Of a stretch of 64,000 bases of DNA, positions 10,066 to 18,753 are shown piece after piece (position 1 is the first letter of the stretch; every line of letters starts with the position of its first letter). The stretch lies in NCBI GenBank assembly GCA_965216515.1, contig OZ244173.1:2547588-2611587 (forward strand), read 5' to 3'. Position numbers and translations under genes: made by a program. Under the pieces are notes generated by a model, which saw only the letters and a program-made list of their open reading frames with translations, was not told the origin of the DNA and did not search any database. The stretch comes from Afifellaceae bacterium (GTDB lineage Bacteria > Pseudomonadota > Alphaproteobacteria > Rhizobiales > Afifellaceae).

Positions 10066-10752
10066 ATGCGGGAGATCGTCTTCGACACCGAATCGACAGG
10101 GCTGAATCCGGCCGGCGGCGACCGGCTGGTGGAAATCGGTTGTGTGGAATTGCTGAACCACATCCCCACCGGCCGCACGTTTCATCAGTATATCAATCCC
10201 GAACGCGCCATGTCCGCCGATGCCGAAGCCGTGCACGGTCTCGGTGATGCGTTCCTGCGTGACAAGCCGCTCTTCGCCGCCGTCGCCGGACCGTTTCTGG
10301 CCTTTGTCGCCGACAGCAAGCTGGTTGCCCACAATGCGTCCTTCGATCGCGGCTTCATCAACATGGAGCTTGAGCGGGCCGGCCATGCGGGCCTTCCCCC
10401 GATGCGCTTCACCGATACGCTGGCGCTTGCCCGCCGCCGCCACCCCGGCGGTTCCAACAGCCTCGACGCCCTGTGCGCCCGCTACGGCATCGACAACTCC
10501 GCCCGCACCAAGCACGGCGCCCTTCTTGATGCGGAAATTCTCGCCGAGGTCTATATCGAGCTCCTCGGCGGCCGTCAGGCGTCGCTTTCGCTGCGGACCG
10601 TCACGGGCGGTGATGCGGCGGCCGGCGGATCGGCCGCCCTGCCGCCACGGCCGGAGCCGCTCGCCCCGCGGCTGACCGGCGATATGCGTGCCCGCCATGC
10701 CGCCTTTGTCGGAACCTTCCCCGTTCCGGCGCTGTGGAACGCCGGCGACTGA
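10066..10752 (+). CDS. dnaQ: DNA polymerase III epsilon subunit (3'-5' proofreading exonuclease)
   Basis: Start at the internal ATG 10066 (MREIVFDTESTGL, Exo I motif), with HNASFDRGF (Exo II) and GALLDAEILAEVY (Exo III). The 41-aa track extension upstream is Cys/Arg-rich. Confidence 0.85.
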   Translation: MREIVFDTESTGLNPAGGDRLVEIGCVELLNHIPTGRTFHQYINPERAMSADAEAVHGLGDAFLRDKPLFAAVAGPFLAFVADSKLVAHNASFDRGFINMELERAGHAGLPPMRFTDTLALARRRHPGGSNSLDALCARYGIDNSARTKHGALLDAEILAEVYIELLGGRQASLSLRTVTGGDAAAGGSAALPPRPEPLAPRLTGDMRARHAAFVGTFPVPALWNAGD

Positions 10753-10791
10753 TCGGCGTCCCGCAACCGCAAGGGCCCGCCGGCCGCCCGT

Positions 10792-11409
10792 TCAGGCGCT
10801 CGGTGCCGCGTCGGCGGGATTGGTTTGCTGCGCGGCCATCTGCGCGGCCCGCTGACGGTAAAGGGCCACGAAGTCGACCGGATCGACCATTAGCGGCGGG
10901 AACCCGCCCTGCCGGGTCGCGTCAGCCAGTATCTGCCGGGCAAACGGAAACAGCAGCCGGGGACACTCGATCAGCAAGATCGGATGCAGGTGTTCCTGGG
11001 GCGTGTTCTGGATTTGAAACACCCCGGCATAGGTGACCTCGGCGAGGAACATCTGCTGTTCGCCCCTTTTGGCATCGGCCTCCAGCTTCAGTTCGACCTC
11101 ATAGTCATTGCCGGAAAGCGGGTGGACGTTGACGTTGACATTGACGCTGAGGTTCGGTGTCGTCTCGCTCGGAGCCAGCGATTGCGGCGCCGCCGGATTT
11201 TCAAACGAAAGATCCTTGATATATTGGCCAAGCACGCGGATACCGGCCTGGGCCGGTGTGGCCTGCCCGGGCTCCGCCCCGCCAGCCGCCTGTTCCGGCG
11301 CGGCCGCGCCGGAGGCCTGGCCGTTGCCGCCGCCGTTGCCGGAGTCATTGCCGGCGCCGCCGGAACCGTCGCTCGCTTTGTTGTCGGGAGTGTCGTTGGA
11401 TTGGGTCAT
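10792..11409 (-). CDS. secB: Protein-export chaperone SecB with a ~55-aa low-complexity N-terminal extension
   Basis: The core IRVLGQYIKDLSFENPAAPQ...FLAEVTYAGVF...PLMVDPVDFVALY matches SecB. The start is placed at ATG 11409 (MTQSNDTPDNK...), preceded by a Gly/Ser/Asn/Ala-rich segment. Confidence 0.85.
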   Translation of the reverse strand: MTQSNDTPDNKASDGSGGAGNDSGNGGGNGQASGAAAPEQAAGGAEPGQATPAQAGIRVLGQYIKDLSFENPAAPQSLAPSETTPNLSVNVNVNVHPLSGNDYEVELKLEADAKRGEQQMFLAEVTYAGVFQIQNTPQEHLHPILLIECPRLLFPFARQILADATRQGGFPPLMVDPVDFVALYRQRAAQMAAQQTNPADAAPSA

Positions 11410-11536
11410 GTCGGGTCCGTCCGTTCGCTGTGGGGTGCCGCCTACCATGCCCGTCCCTGCGTCACAATCCCGGCAATCGTTCCAGCGGTTGCATCTGGCC
11501 GCATTTCATCGTCGCCAGGGGCGGGCCACCGCCGGC

Positions 11537-12052
11537 CTATCGATCCTCCGGTTCCCGCCACGGGCTGTCGGGATCGGGCCGCGCGGTGTAGTCGTCGGTG
11601 TCGAGATCGATCACCTCCGGTCTTTTTGCCCTGCCGGTCGCCGGACCCTGTCCGCCTCGATGCGGCGCGCCGCGGATGTCGCCATCGGCATGTCCGGCCG
11701 CCCGCACATCCAGATGCCGGCCGATCAGGCGCCACAGGAACGTCCGCACCGGCGGCGCAAACAGCGCAAAGCCGATCGTGTCGGTGATGAAGCCGGGCGT
11801 CAGGAGCAAAAGACCGGCGGCGGCGATCATCGCGCCTTCCACCAGCGGCTTTGCCGGCATGCGCCGGGCGTCAAGGTCGGCGCGGATGCGGCCGAGCACC
11901 GCCAGCCCCTGATGGCGCAGCAGGAACGTGCCGGCGAATGCGGTTAACACTATCAGCGCCATGGTCGCGCCAATCCCGATTTCGCCGCCTATAAGGATAA
12001 AGGCGGCGATTTCCAGGAGCGGGATTGCGAGAAACAGGAGAAAAAGCGGCAT
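11537..12052 (-). CDS. fxsA: FxsA family cytoplasmic membrane protein
   Basis: Start at the internal ATG 12052 (MPLFLLFLAIPLLEIAAFILIGGEIG), followed by a long basic/acidic C-terminal tail. Confidence 0.7.
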   Translation of the reverse strand: MPLFLLFLAIPLLEIAAFILIGGEIGIGATMALIVLTAFAGTFLLRHQGLAVLGRIRADLDARRMPAKPLVEGAMIAAAGLLLLTPGFITDTIGFALFAPPVRTFLWRLIGRHLDVRAAGHADGDIRGAPHRGGQGPATGRAKRPEVIDLDTDDYTARPDPDSPWREPEDR

Positions 12053-12205
12053 GAACAACTCCGGATGCCTCCAATATGGGTTTCCGGCCTCCGGCCGCAA
12101 CACAATTCCGGCCTTTTGCTGGACAATGCCGCATTCCTGCTTACATTGGACTCAAGATACCGCACGGTGGTATTCCCTCCCGATCCCCAAGGGCCGAGAC
12201 GGCGT

Positions 12206-12910
12206 ATGAGTGGTTTGTTCGACATATATTCGATCATCTTTCTGGTGATCGCGGTTGTAATTTTCATGCGCCTGGGAAACGTTCTCGGCCGTCGCACCGG
12301 CAACGAGCCGACTCCGTTTGAGCGGCGAATCGAAAAATCGCCCGCCGGTGCCGGGAACGACAACGTTGTCTCCCTGCCCAAGCGCGAAGCCGGGTCGGCG
12401 GCTGGCACCGGCCCGTCCGTCACGCCGGAGATCCTTGCCAAATATGCCGAGCAGGGCAGCCCGGCCCATGACGGTCTCCTCGCCATCGCCGGTGCCTCGT
12501 CCGATTTCGATCCGGAGCATTTCCTGACCGGCGCCAGGATGGCCTATGAAATGATCGTCACAGCCTTTGCCGATGGCGACCGCGACACGTTGAAGAACCT
12601 TCTCGATCCCGATGTCTTCGACGGCTTCGTCTCCGCCATCGCCGATCGCGAATCCCGCGGCGAGCATGTGGAATCGACCTTTGTCGGCATTGAAAGCGCG
12701 AATATTACGGGCGCCGGGCTGGAAGGCCGTGTCGCCCGCGTCTCGGTGCGCTTTGTCAGCGAACTGATCTCCGCCACCAAAAACACCGACGGCGCCGTCA
12801 TCGATGGCGATCCCACCGCGGTGCAGACCGTGCGCGACGTTTGGACCTTTGCTCGCGACCTGAAGGCGCGCGATCCGAACTGGAAACTGGTGGCGACCGA
12901 ATCGGTCTAG
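12206..12910 (+). CDS. Tim44-like domain protein (alpha-proteobacterial homolog of mitochondrial Tim44)
   Basis: Start at ATG 12206 (MSGLFDIYSIIFLVIAVVIF, N-terminal TM helix), with a Tim44-like C-terminal domain. It sits in the conserved secB/fxsA-Tim44-mltA-smr neighbourhood. Confidence 0.75.
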   Translation: MSGLFDIYSIIFLVIAVVIFMRLGNVLGRRTGNEPTPFERRIEKSPAGAGNDNVVSLPKREAGSAAGTGPSVTPEILAKYAEQGSPAHDGLLAIAGASSDFDPEHFLTGARMAYEMIVTAFADGDRDTLKNLLDPDVFDGFVSAIADRESRGEHVESTFVGIESANITGAGLEGRVARVSVRFVSELISATKNTDGAVIDGDPTAVQTVRDVWTFARDLKARDPNWKLVATESV

Positions 12911-12954
12911 GCCGGCCCCGCCGGTCATTGCTTTCAAGCTAGGCGGGCAAGCCC

Positions 12955-14214
12955 ATGGCCCCCGATGATCGCCGCAACACGACGGCCAGTTCCGATCCAG
13001 GTCCGGCTTCTCCCGCCTCCCGAGGAACAGACACCTTGCGTGCCGTGTCATTTTCGGCCCTCCGCGGCTGGGCGCAAGATGATCATTGTGCCGCTTTTGC
13101 CGCCTTTCTGAAGAGCGCGGAACATATTGGCGCCGCGCCCCGAAATGCCGCCGGTGCCGGCCAGCCCGGCAATGCGCCGAAAACCCGCGCCCACGGGATC
13201 AGCGGTTCCGGCCTTTGTGCCGTCGCCCGCAGCGCCCTGGCCGCGAAAGGCCAGGGGCTTGCGTCCGATCCCGGCCGGGCGCGCGCGTTTTTTGAGCGCT
13301 GGTTCCGTCCCATGCGTATCGTCGCTGACGGATTTTTCACCGCCTATTTCGAGCCGGAGGCACCGGCCAGCCGGACGCCGACCTCGGCGTTTCCCGTTCC
13401 CCTTTACCGCCGGCCCGCCGATCTGGTCGACGTCGGTGACCACAACCGCCCCGCCGGCTGGGATCCGGACATCCGGTTCGCTGCAAAGTCGGCCAACGGC
13501 CTTGAACCCTACGCCGACCGCGCCGCGATCGAAGGCGGCGCGCTTGAAGGTCGCGGGCTGGAACTCGCCTATGTCGCCGATCCGGTGACCGCCTTTTTTA
13601 TCCACGTTCAGGGGTCGGCCCGCCTGCGCTTCTCCGACGGCACCACCCTGCGGATCGCCTATGCGGGCAAATCCGGGCATCCCTACACCTCGATCGGCAA
13701 GCGGGCGGTCGCCTGCGGCTATCTCCATCCCGACCGATGCGGCAAGACGGAGCTGCAGGCCTGGCTTGCCGCCAATCCCGGACCCGGCCGCGACCTGATG
13801 CACGAAAACCGGTCGTTCATCTTTTTTCGCCCGGTCAACGGGCTTTCGGAATCCGACGGTCCCGTGGGCGCCGGCGCCGTCAGCCTCACACCCGGCCGCA
13901 GCCTGGCGGTCGACCGGCGGTGGACGACGTTTCACACCCCCGTCTGGATCGATGCGGCCGGAGTTCCGGATCCCGATGACCGGCCGCGTGAGACCCGCAA
14001 CGATGCGCCGGTCGGTGTGCCCGACGACATTCAAGGCGCTTCGCGCGGCGGCCGCTTCGCCCGGCTGATGGTCGCCCAGGACACCGGCTCGGCCATCGTC
14101 GGCCCGGCCCGCGGCGATCTTTTCTTCGGCGCCGGCGAGCGGGCAGGTGATCTTGCCGGTACGGTCCGCGCCCCCGGCGAAATGACGTTGCTCGTCCCGG
14201 TTCCGGAAGGATGA
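12955..14214 (+). CDS. mltA: Membrane-bound lytic murein transglycosylase A
   Basis: 419 aa with the MltA-type core (...AYFEPEA..., ...GKSGHPYTSIGKRAV...) and a 3D-domain-like C-terminus. It follows the Tim44-like gene, as in other alpha-proteobacteria. Confidence 0.75.
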   Translation: MAPDDRRNTTASSDPGPASPASRGTDTLRAVSFSALRGWAQDDHCAAFAAFLKSAEHIGAAPRNAAGAGQPGNAPKTRAHGISGSGLCAVARSALAAKGQGLASDPGRARAFFERWFRPMRIVADGFFTAYFEPEAPASRTPTSAFPVPLYRRPADLVDVGDHNRPAGWDPDIRFAAKSANGLEPYADRAAIEGGALEGRGLELAYVADPVTAFFIHVQGSARLRFSDGTTLRIAYAGKSGHPYTSIGKRAVACGYLHPDRCGKTELQAWLAANPGPGRDLMHENRSFIFFRPVNGLSESDGPVGAGAVSLTPGRSLAVDRRWTTFHTPVWIDAAGVPDPDDRPRETRNDAPVGVPDDIQGASRGGRFARLMVAQDTGSAIVGPARGDLFFGAGERAGDLAGTVRAPGEMTLLVPVPEG

Positions 14215-14218
14215 AGCG

Positions 14219-14788
14219 ATGGCCCGCCGCAAGCTGACGCCGGAGGAGCTGGCCCTGTGGCGCAAGGTCCAGGAGACGGTGACCCCGCTCGCCGCGCCGA
14301 TCCGCAAGGCGGCGACACCGGTTCCGTCCCGTCCCGGACCGAAAAAACCGGATTCGGCAGGGCCCGGTTTGGCCGCTTCTGGATCGTCCGGGCCCGGACA
14401 ATTCCGGACCGCAAGCCAGCCGCAACCAAAGCGCGCGCCATCGGCCGGGTCGCCCCTGGAACCCAGGCTGCGCCGCCGGCTTGCCCGCGGATCGCGCCAG
14501 GTCGATGCCCGTATCGACCTCCATGGCATGCGCCAGGCCGAAGCCCGCGCGGCGCTTGAACGGTTTCTGCGCGATGCCCGGGGCCGCGACGCCCGGCTGG
14601 TGCTGGTGATCACCGGCAAGGGGCGAAGCGGCGAGGCGGGTGGCGGCGTGTTGCGCGGCGCGCTGCCGCGTTGGCTTGCCTTGCCGGAATTTCACGGGCT
14701 GGTGGTGGGATTTGAAGAGGCCAGCCGCCGTCATGGCGGCGCCGGTGCCTTCTATGTCAGGTTGCGGCGATCGCGCGGCGCGGCGTGA
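14219..14788 (+). CDS. Smr domain-containing protein
   Basis: The C-terminal Smr domain reads IDLHGMRQAEARAALERFLRDARGRDARLVLVITGKG. Confidence 0.75.
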   Translation: MARRKLTPEELALWRKVQETVTPLAAPIRKAATPVPSRPGPKKPDSAGPGLAASGSSGPGQFRTASQPQPKRAPSAGSPLEPRLRRRLARGSRQVDARIDLHGMRQAEARAALERFLRDARGRDARLVLVITGKGRSGEAGGGVLRGALPRWLALPEFHGLVVGFEEASRRHGGAGAFYVRLRRSRGAA

Positions 14789-15747
14789 CGGCTGGCATCG
14801 GCGCCGTAGTAGGTGACGTAGCGCGGATTGATCGCGCTGACCGGCAGCACCATCATCACGTCGGTGGTATTGAACTGGTCGTCGACCACCGCACCGTCGC
14901 CGACATAGGCGCCGAGCCGCAGATACCCCTTGATCAGCGGCGGCAGGGCGCGCAGCGCCGCGCGCTGGTCGATCTTGTCGGCGGCCACCCGGTTCATGTC
15001 GACATATCGGTGATCCAGCGCCCGCACGTTCCAGCCGTCCGGTGCGCCGTGGAAATGGTGAAGATAACTGAGCGCCATGGCGAGCCTGTCCGGGTCGGTA
15101 CCCTCCAGGCTTGCACAACCGAACATTGCGTCGATCCGGTGCATCAGCACATAGGACCAGTTGCCGTGCCACAAAAGTTCGACCGTCCGCTTGTTGCGGT
15201 AGGGCGCCAGCACGCAGGACCGGCCCAGTTCCAGGAAGTTGATGTCGCGATGGCCCTCGATCAGCGGTGCGATGTCATATTCATCGGCGCTGTAGAATCC
15301 CCCGTTCGGTTCCGCCACGTCCTGGCGCAACAGCCGGTAGGTGCCGACGATCTTCGGTTTCTGGCCGGTCAGCGTGCGCCGTCGGCTGCCATGGTCGAAC
15401 ACCAGCAGATGGTCGCAGATGGCGTCGAAGGAATCGATGTCGCGGCGCTTGTGCTGCGCCCGCGCATCCGCAATTGCCGCCAGTTCCTCGTAGAAAACCT
15501 GGTACCGCAGCGCCTGGGCGCGACGCACTTCCGAACGGCTGCGCGCCAGACGCACCTCAAGGTCGCCGATTCGGCCCAGCGTGCCGATCGTCCGGTGGGC
15601 GCCGTGAAACCTTCTTCCGCCGGGAAACGTTCGCTGGCCGGGAAATCGCCGGGCCCGGCCCGCCGGCAATGCCTGCCGGCCAAGCAGAAAGCTTGGCGAG
15701 AAGCGGCGCGCCAGTTTGCGGGGAGAAAATCGTTGCCGGCCTTGCAT
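14752..15747 (-). CDS. OlsB-like GNAT N-acyltransferase (ornithine lipid / aminolipid synthesis family, COG3176); start uncertain
   Basis: The core reads LEVRLARSRSEVRRAQALRYQVFYEELAA...GTYRLL.... The first ATG is at 15747 (MQGRQ...); the track M at 15756 is TTG. The R-rich N-terminal ~60 aa may not be translated. The 3' end overlaps smr convergently by 37 nt. Confidence 0.6.
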   Translation of the reverse strand: MQGRQRFSPRKLARRFSPSFLLGRQALPAGRARRFPGQRTFPGGRRFHGAHRTIGTLGRIGDLEVRLARSRSEVRRAQALRYQVFYEELAAIADARAQHKRRDIDSFDAICDHLLVFDHGSRRRTLTGQKPKIVGTYRLLRQDVAEPNGGFYSADEYDIAPLIEGHRDINFLELGRSCVLAPYRNKRTVELLWHGNWSYVLMHRIDAMFGCASLEGTDPDRLAMALSYLHHFHGAPDGWNVRALDHRYVDMNRVAADKIDQRAALRALPPLIKGYLRLGAYVGDGAVVDDQFNTTDVMMVLPVSAINPRYVTYYGADASRHAAPRDRRNLT

Positions 15748-16074
15748 GGGTTCCAATCGGATCGCCGAGAAAATTCAACGGCCAGAAACCGGATTATACA
15801 GTGATTTGCGATCCGGAGGAACCGCCGTCTTCGGCGCGGCGCCGGAAACGCGCGATCTGTGGAAAGCCGACAGGCAGGCAGGACGCGGTCGAAATGCCCG
15901 CGCCCCTTTGCGGCGCGGCGATCGTGACATCCCGATTGCGGGACCGGCCGCCGCGCGTTCCGTCGGCCGGCCGGTTCATTGCCGCCGGCGCCTTGAGTTC
16001 GCCGGTTGGCCATGACCGCCGGGCACGCCGTGCCCGTGCGACCGGGAATTCGTCCAGGATCCGCCCGGGCGGCC

Positions 16075-17607
16075 CTAGGCGGCAAGCGACAGTTGCGGCC
16101 CGGCGGCCCGGCTGGCCAGCGCTTCGGCGATGTGCAGCCGCCGCACCCCGTCCGATCCGTCAAGATCGGCAAGTGTCCGCGCCACCTTCAGCACCCGGTG
16201 ATAACCCCGCGCCGACAGCGCCAGCGATTCCGCCGCTTCGCGCAGGAGCGACTGGCCGGACGCATCCGGTGCGGCTTCCGCCTCGATCATCGCCGCCGGC
16301 GCGTGGGCGTTGCAGGTGATACCTTCGCCGGCCAGGTCCCGATACCGCGCCGCCTGGATGGCCCGCGCCCGCGCCACCCGTTCGGCGACCCCGGCGCTCG
16401 GTTCCGCCGCTGCCGGCTGGATCAGGTCCGCCGCGGTCACCGCCGGCACCGCAATGCGAATATCGATACGGTCCAAAAGCGGCCCGGAGATCCGCGCCTG
16501 ATAGTCGGCCGCACAGCGCGCGCCGCGCCGGCACGTATGGCCCGGTTCGCCCGCCATGCCGCAGCGGCACGGATTCATCGCCGCCACCAGCTGGATGCGC
16601 GAGGGATAGCACACCCGGTGATTGGCCCGGGCGATAACCGTCTGGCCGCTCTCCAGCGGTTGCCGCAGCGAATCCAGCACATTCGGCGCGAATTCCGGAA
16701 ATTCGTCGAGGAACAGCACACCATTGTGCGCCAGCGAGACCTCGCCCGGTAACGCCCGCGTGCCGCCGCCGACCATCGCCGCCATCGATGCCGAATGATG
16801 CGGCGCACGAAATGGCCGCCGGTCCGACAGCCGCCCGCCGCCGAGCATGCCGGCGATCGAGGCGATCATCGACACGTCCAGGAGTTCGCGTGGCGCCAAC
16901 GGCGGCAGGATCGAAGGCAATCGGCTCGCCAGCATCGACTTGCCGGCGCCCGGTGGTCCGACCATCAGCATGTTGTGGCCGCCGGCCGCGGCGATCTCCA
17001 GCGCCCGGCGGGCGCTTTCCTGGCCGCGGATATCGGAAAGGTCCGGCTGTCCGGCCGCCGCCGGTTTGAGCGCGGGTTTCGGTGCTGAAAGCACCTGTGT
17101 GCCGCGGAAATGGTTGGCGAGCGCGACCAGGCTCTCCGGCGCCAGAATGGTCATGTCGCCGCCGGCCCAGGCCGCCTCCGCCCCGCACTTCGCCGGGCAG
17201 ATCAGCCCCTTGTCCAGGGCGTTGGCGCCGATCGCCGCCGGCAGCACGCCGGCCACGGCGGCAATCCGGCCATCCAGGCCCAGTTCGCCAAGCACGACAT
17301 GGCCGGCCACGGCGTCGACCGGAATGGCGCCCACCGCCACCATGACCCCCAGCGCGATCGGCAGATCGTAATGGCTGCCCTCCTTGGGCAGGTCGGCGGG
17401 CGCCAGGTTGACCGTGATCCGCTTCGCCGGCAGCGACAAACCCGAAGCGTGAAGCGCCGCATGCACCCGCTCTCGGCTTTCCGCCACCGCCTTGTCCGGC
17501 AGGCCGACGATCTGGAAGGAGACCTTGCCCGGCGCGATCAGCACCTGCACGTCGACCGGCACGGCCTCGATGCCCTGGAATGCAACGGTGGTGATGCGCG
17601 CGACCAT
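16075..17607 (-). CDS. comM: YifB/ComM family Mg-chelatase-like AAA+ ATPase
   Basis: 510 aa beginning MVARITTVAFQGIEAVPVDVQV, with Walker A MLMVGPPGAGKSML and NGVLFLDEFPEF. Confidence 0.85.
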   Translation of the reverse strand: MVARITTVAFQGIEAVPVDVQVLIAPGKVSFQIVGLPDKAVAESRERVHAALHASGLSLPAKRITVNLAPADLPKEGSHYDLPIALGVMVAVGAIPVDAVAGHVVLGELGLDGRIAAVAGVLPAAIGANALDKGLICPAKCGAEAAWAGGDMTILAPESLVALANHFRGTQVLSAPKPALKPAAAGQPDLSDIRGQESARRALEIAAAGGHNMLMVGPPGAGKSMLASRLPSILPPLAPRELLDVSMIASIAGMLGGGRLSDRRPFRAPHHSASMAAMVGGGTRALPGEVSLAHNGVLFLDEFPEFAPNVLDSLRQPLESGQTVIARANHRVCYPSRIQLVAAMNPCRCGMAGEPGHTCRRGARCAADYQARISGPLLDRIDIRIAVPAVTAADLIQPAAAEPSAGVAERVARARAIQAARYRDLAGEGITCNAHAPAAMIEAEAAPDASGQSLLREAAESLALSARGYHRVLKVARTLADLDGSDGVRRLHIAEALASRAAGPQLSLAA

Positions 17608-17873
17608 CGGTCTCCCCCTGCGCTGCGGCAGGCACCGGCGAACCGGTGCGAATTGTGGTTCCGAAGCCGATTCAGCCGGCCGCCACCGGCCCCGACCCGA
17701 TCCGGATCCTGGGCGTCAAGCCTAGCGCGGACGGGTGGCAGGGGCAAGAACAAAAATGGAACAAATTGCACCGCGGCGGGAATGCCCGGCGGGCGGCCCG
17801 GATGGAACATGTCGGCGCTTTGGCCAATGCGCCCGATTTGCCCGATGGGGCCGGGCGGGCGGCCCGGCATGCG

Positions 17874-18668
17874 CTAGCGGAAGGGCACAATGCCGCTGCG
17901 CTCCCCGCGCAGGGGGTCGAGCGCCAGCCGGCTGATCCACAGCCAGCGTTTCTTCACCGATACGATCTGGCGCTGTACGAACCGGCTTGTGCCCGCCGTG
18001 CGCTGTGAGCGGGTGATGCTGATGTCGCTGGGAAGCTTCCCGATTCCGCGAGCGAACCGGTTTGCCTGCATGAACATGGCCGGACAGGACTGGTACACAG
18101 GGCCGTGAGGCATCCGGCCGCGCCGGTCCGCCTTGTAAAGAAAGACGTCGATGTCTGTCGTGATTTTTTTGCTGCGCGCCAGGAGCCGGCGGGCCATGTT
18201 GCGGTCGATCACATAGGCCGCCGATCCCCACTGCAATCGCCGCATGAGATGAAACGAGCGGCCGAACGCTTCAAAGGCGATGTCAGGGTCCCAGCAGGTG
18301 CGCATGCCGAAAGTCTCCAGTCTCACGATGCCCGCCGGGATCGGCTCCGGTATCCAGCGGTCGCTGGCGAGAAACTGCGCCGCATCCTCGCCGAAAACCA
18401 CGTCGTCCTCCAGGATGCAGGCGCGGTGATCGCCGCTGGCGATCAGATGTTCCCATGCCTTGCGATGGCTGAGAAAGCAGGCGACGGAGCCGGAATCCAG
18501 GGGCGTTCCCCCATCGCCGCCGTTGACTGACCGGATGTCGGCGTCGCTCAGCGTGACCCGATCGATTGCGGAAATGCGTTCAAACGACAGGTTCCGCCGG
18601 CCGAGTTCCGCCGACATATGCGAAAGTCGGTCGCTGGCCCGGTCGAGGTTTATGAGGAGAATGCGCAT
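17874..18668 (-). CDS. Glycosyltransferase family 25 (LPS/LOS biosynthesis-type)
   Basis: 264 aa with the N-terminal signature MRILLINLDRASDRLSHM typical of GT25 proteins. Confidence 0.7.
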   Translation of the reverse strand: MRILLINLDRASDRLSHMSAELGRRNLSFERISAIDRVTLSDADIRSVNGGDGGTPLDSGSVACFLSHRKAWEHLIASGDHRACILEDDVVFGEDAAQFLASDRWIPEPIPAGIVRLETFGMRTCWDPDIAFEAFGRSFHLMRRLQWGSAAYVIDRNMARRLLARSKKITTDIDVFLYKADRRGRMPHGPVYQSCPAMFMQANRFARGIGKLPSDISITRSQRTAGTSRFVQRQIVSVKKRWLWISRLALDPLRGERSGIVPFR

Positions 18669-18753
18669 GGTGTGATCCGGATTCTGCGACAGGTGTCCGC
18701 GGCGTGTTGGTGTGTCGGCCCGGATTGGGGCATCCGTGGGGCCGGTATGGTCT

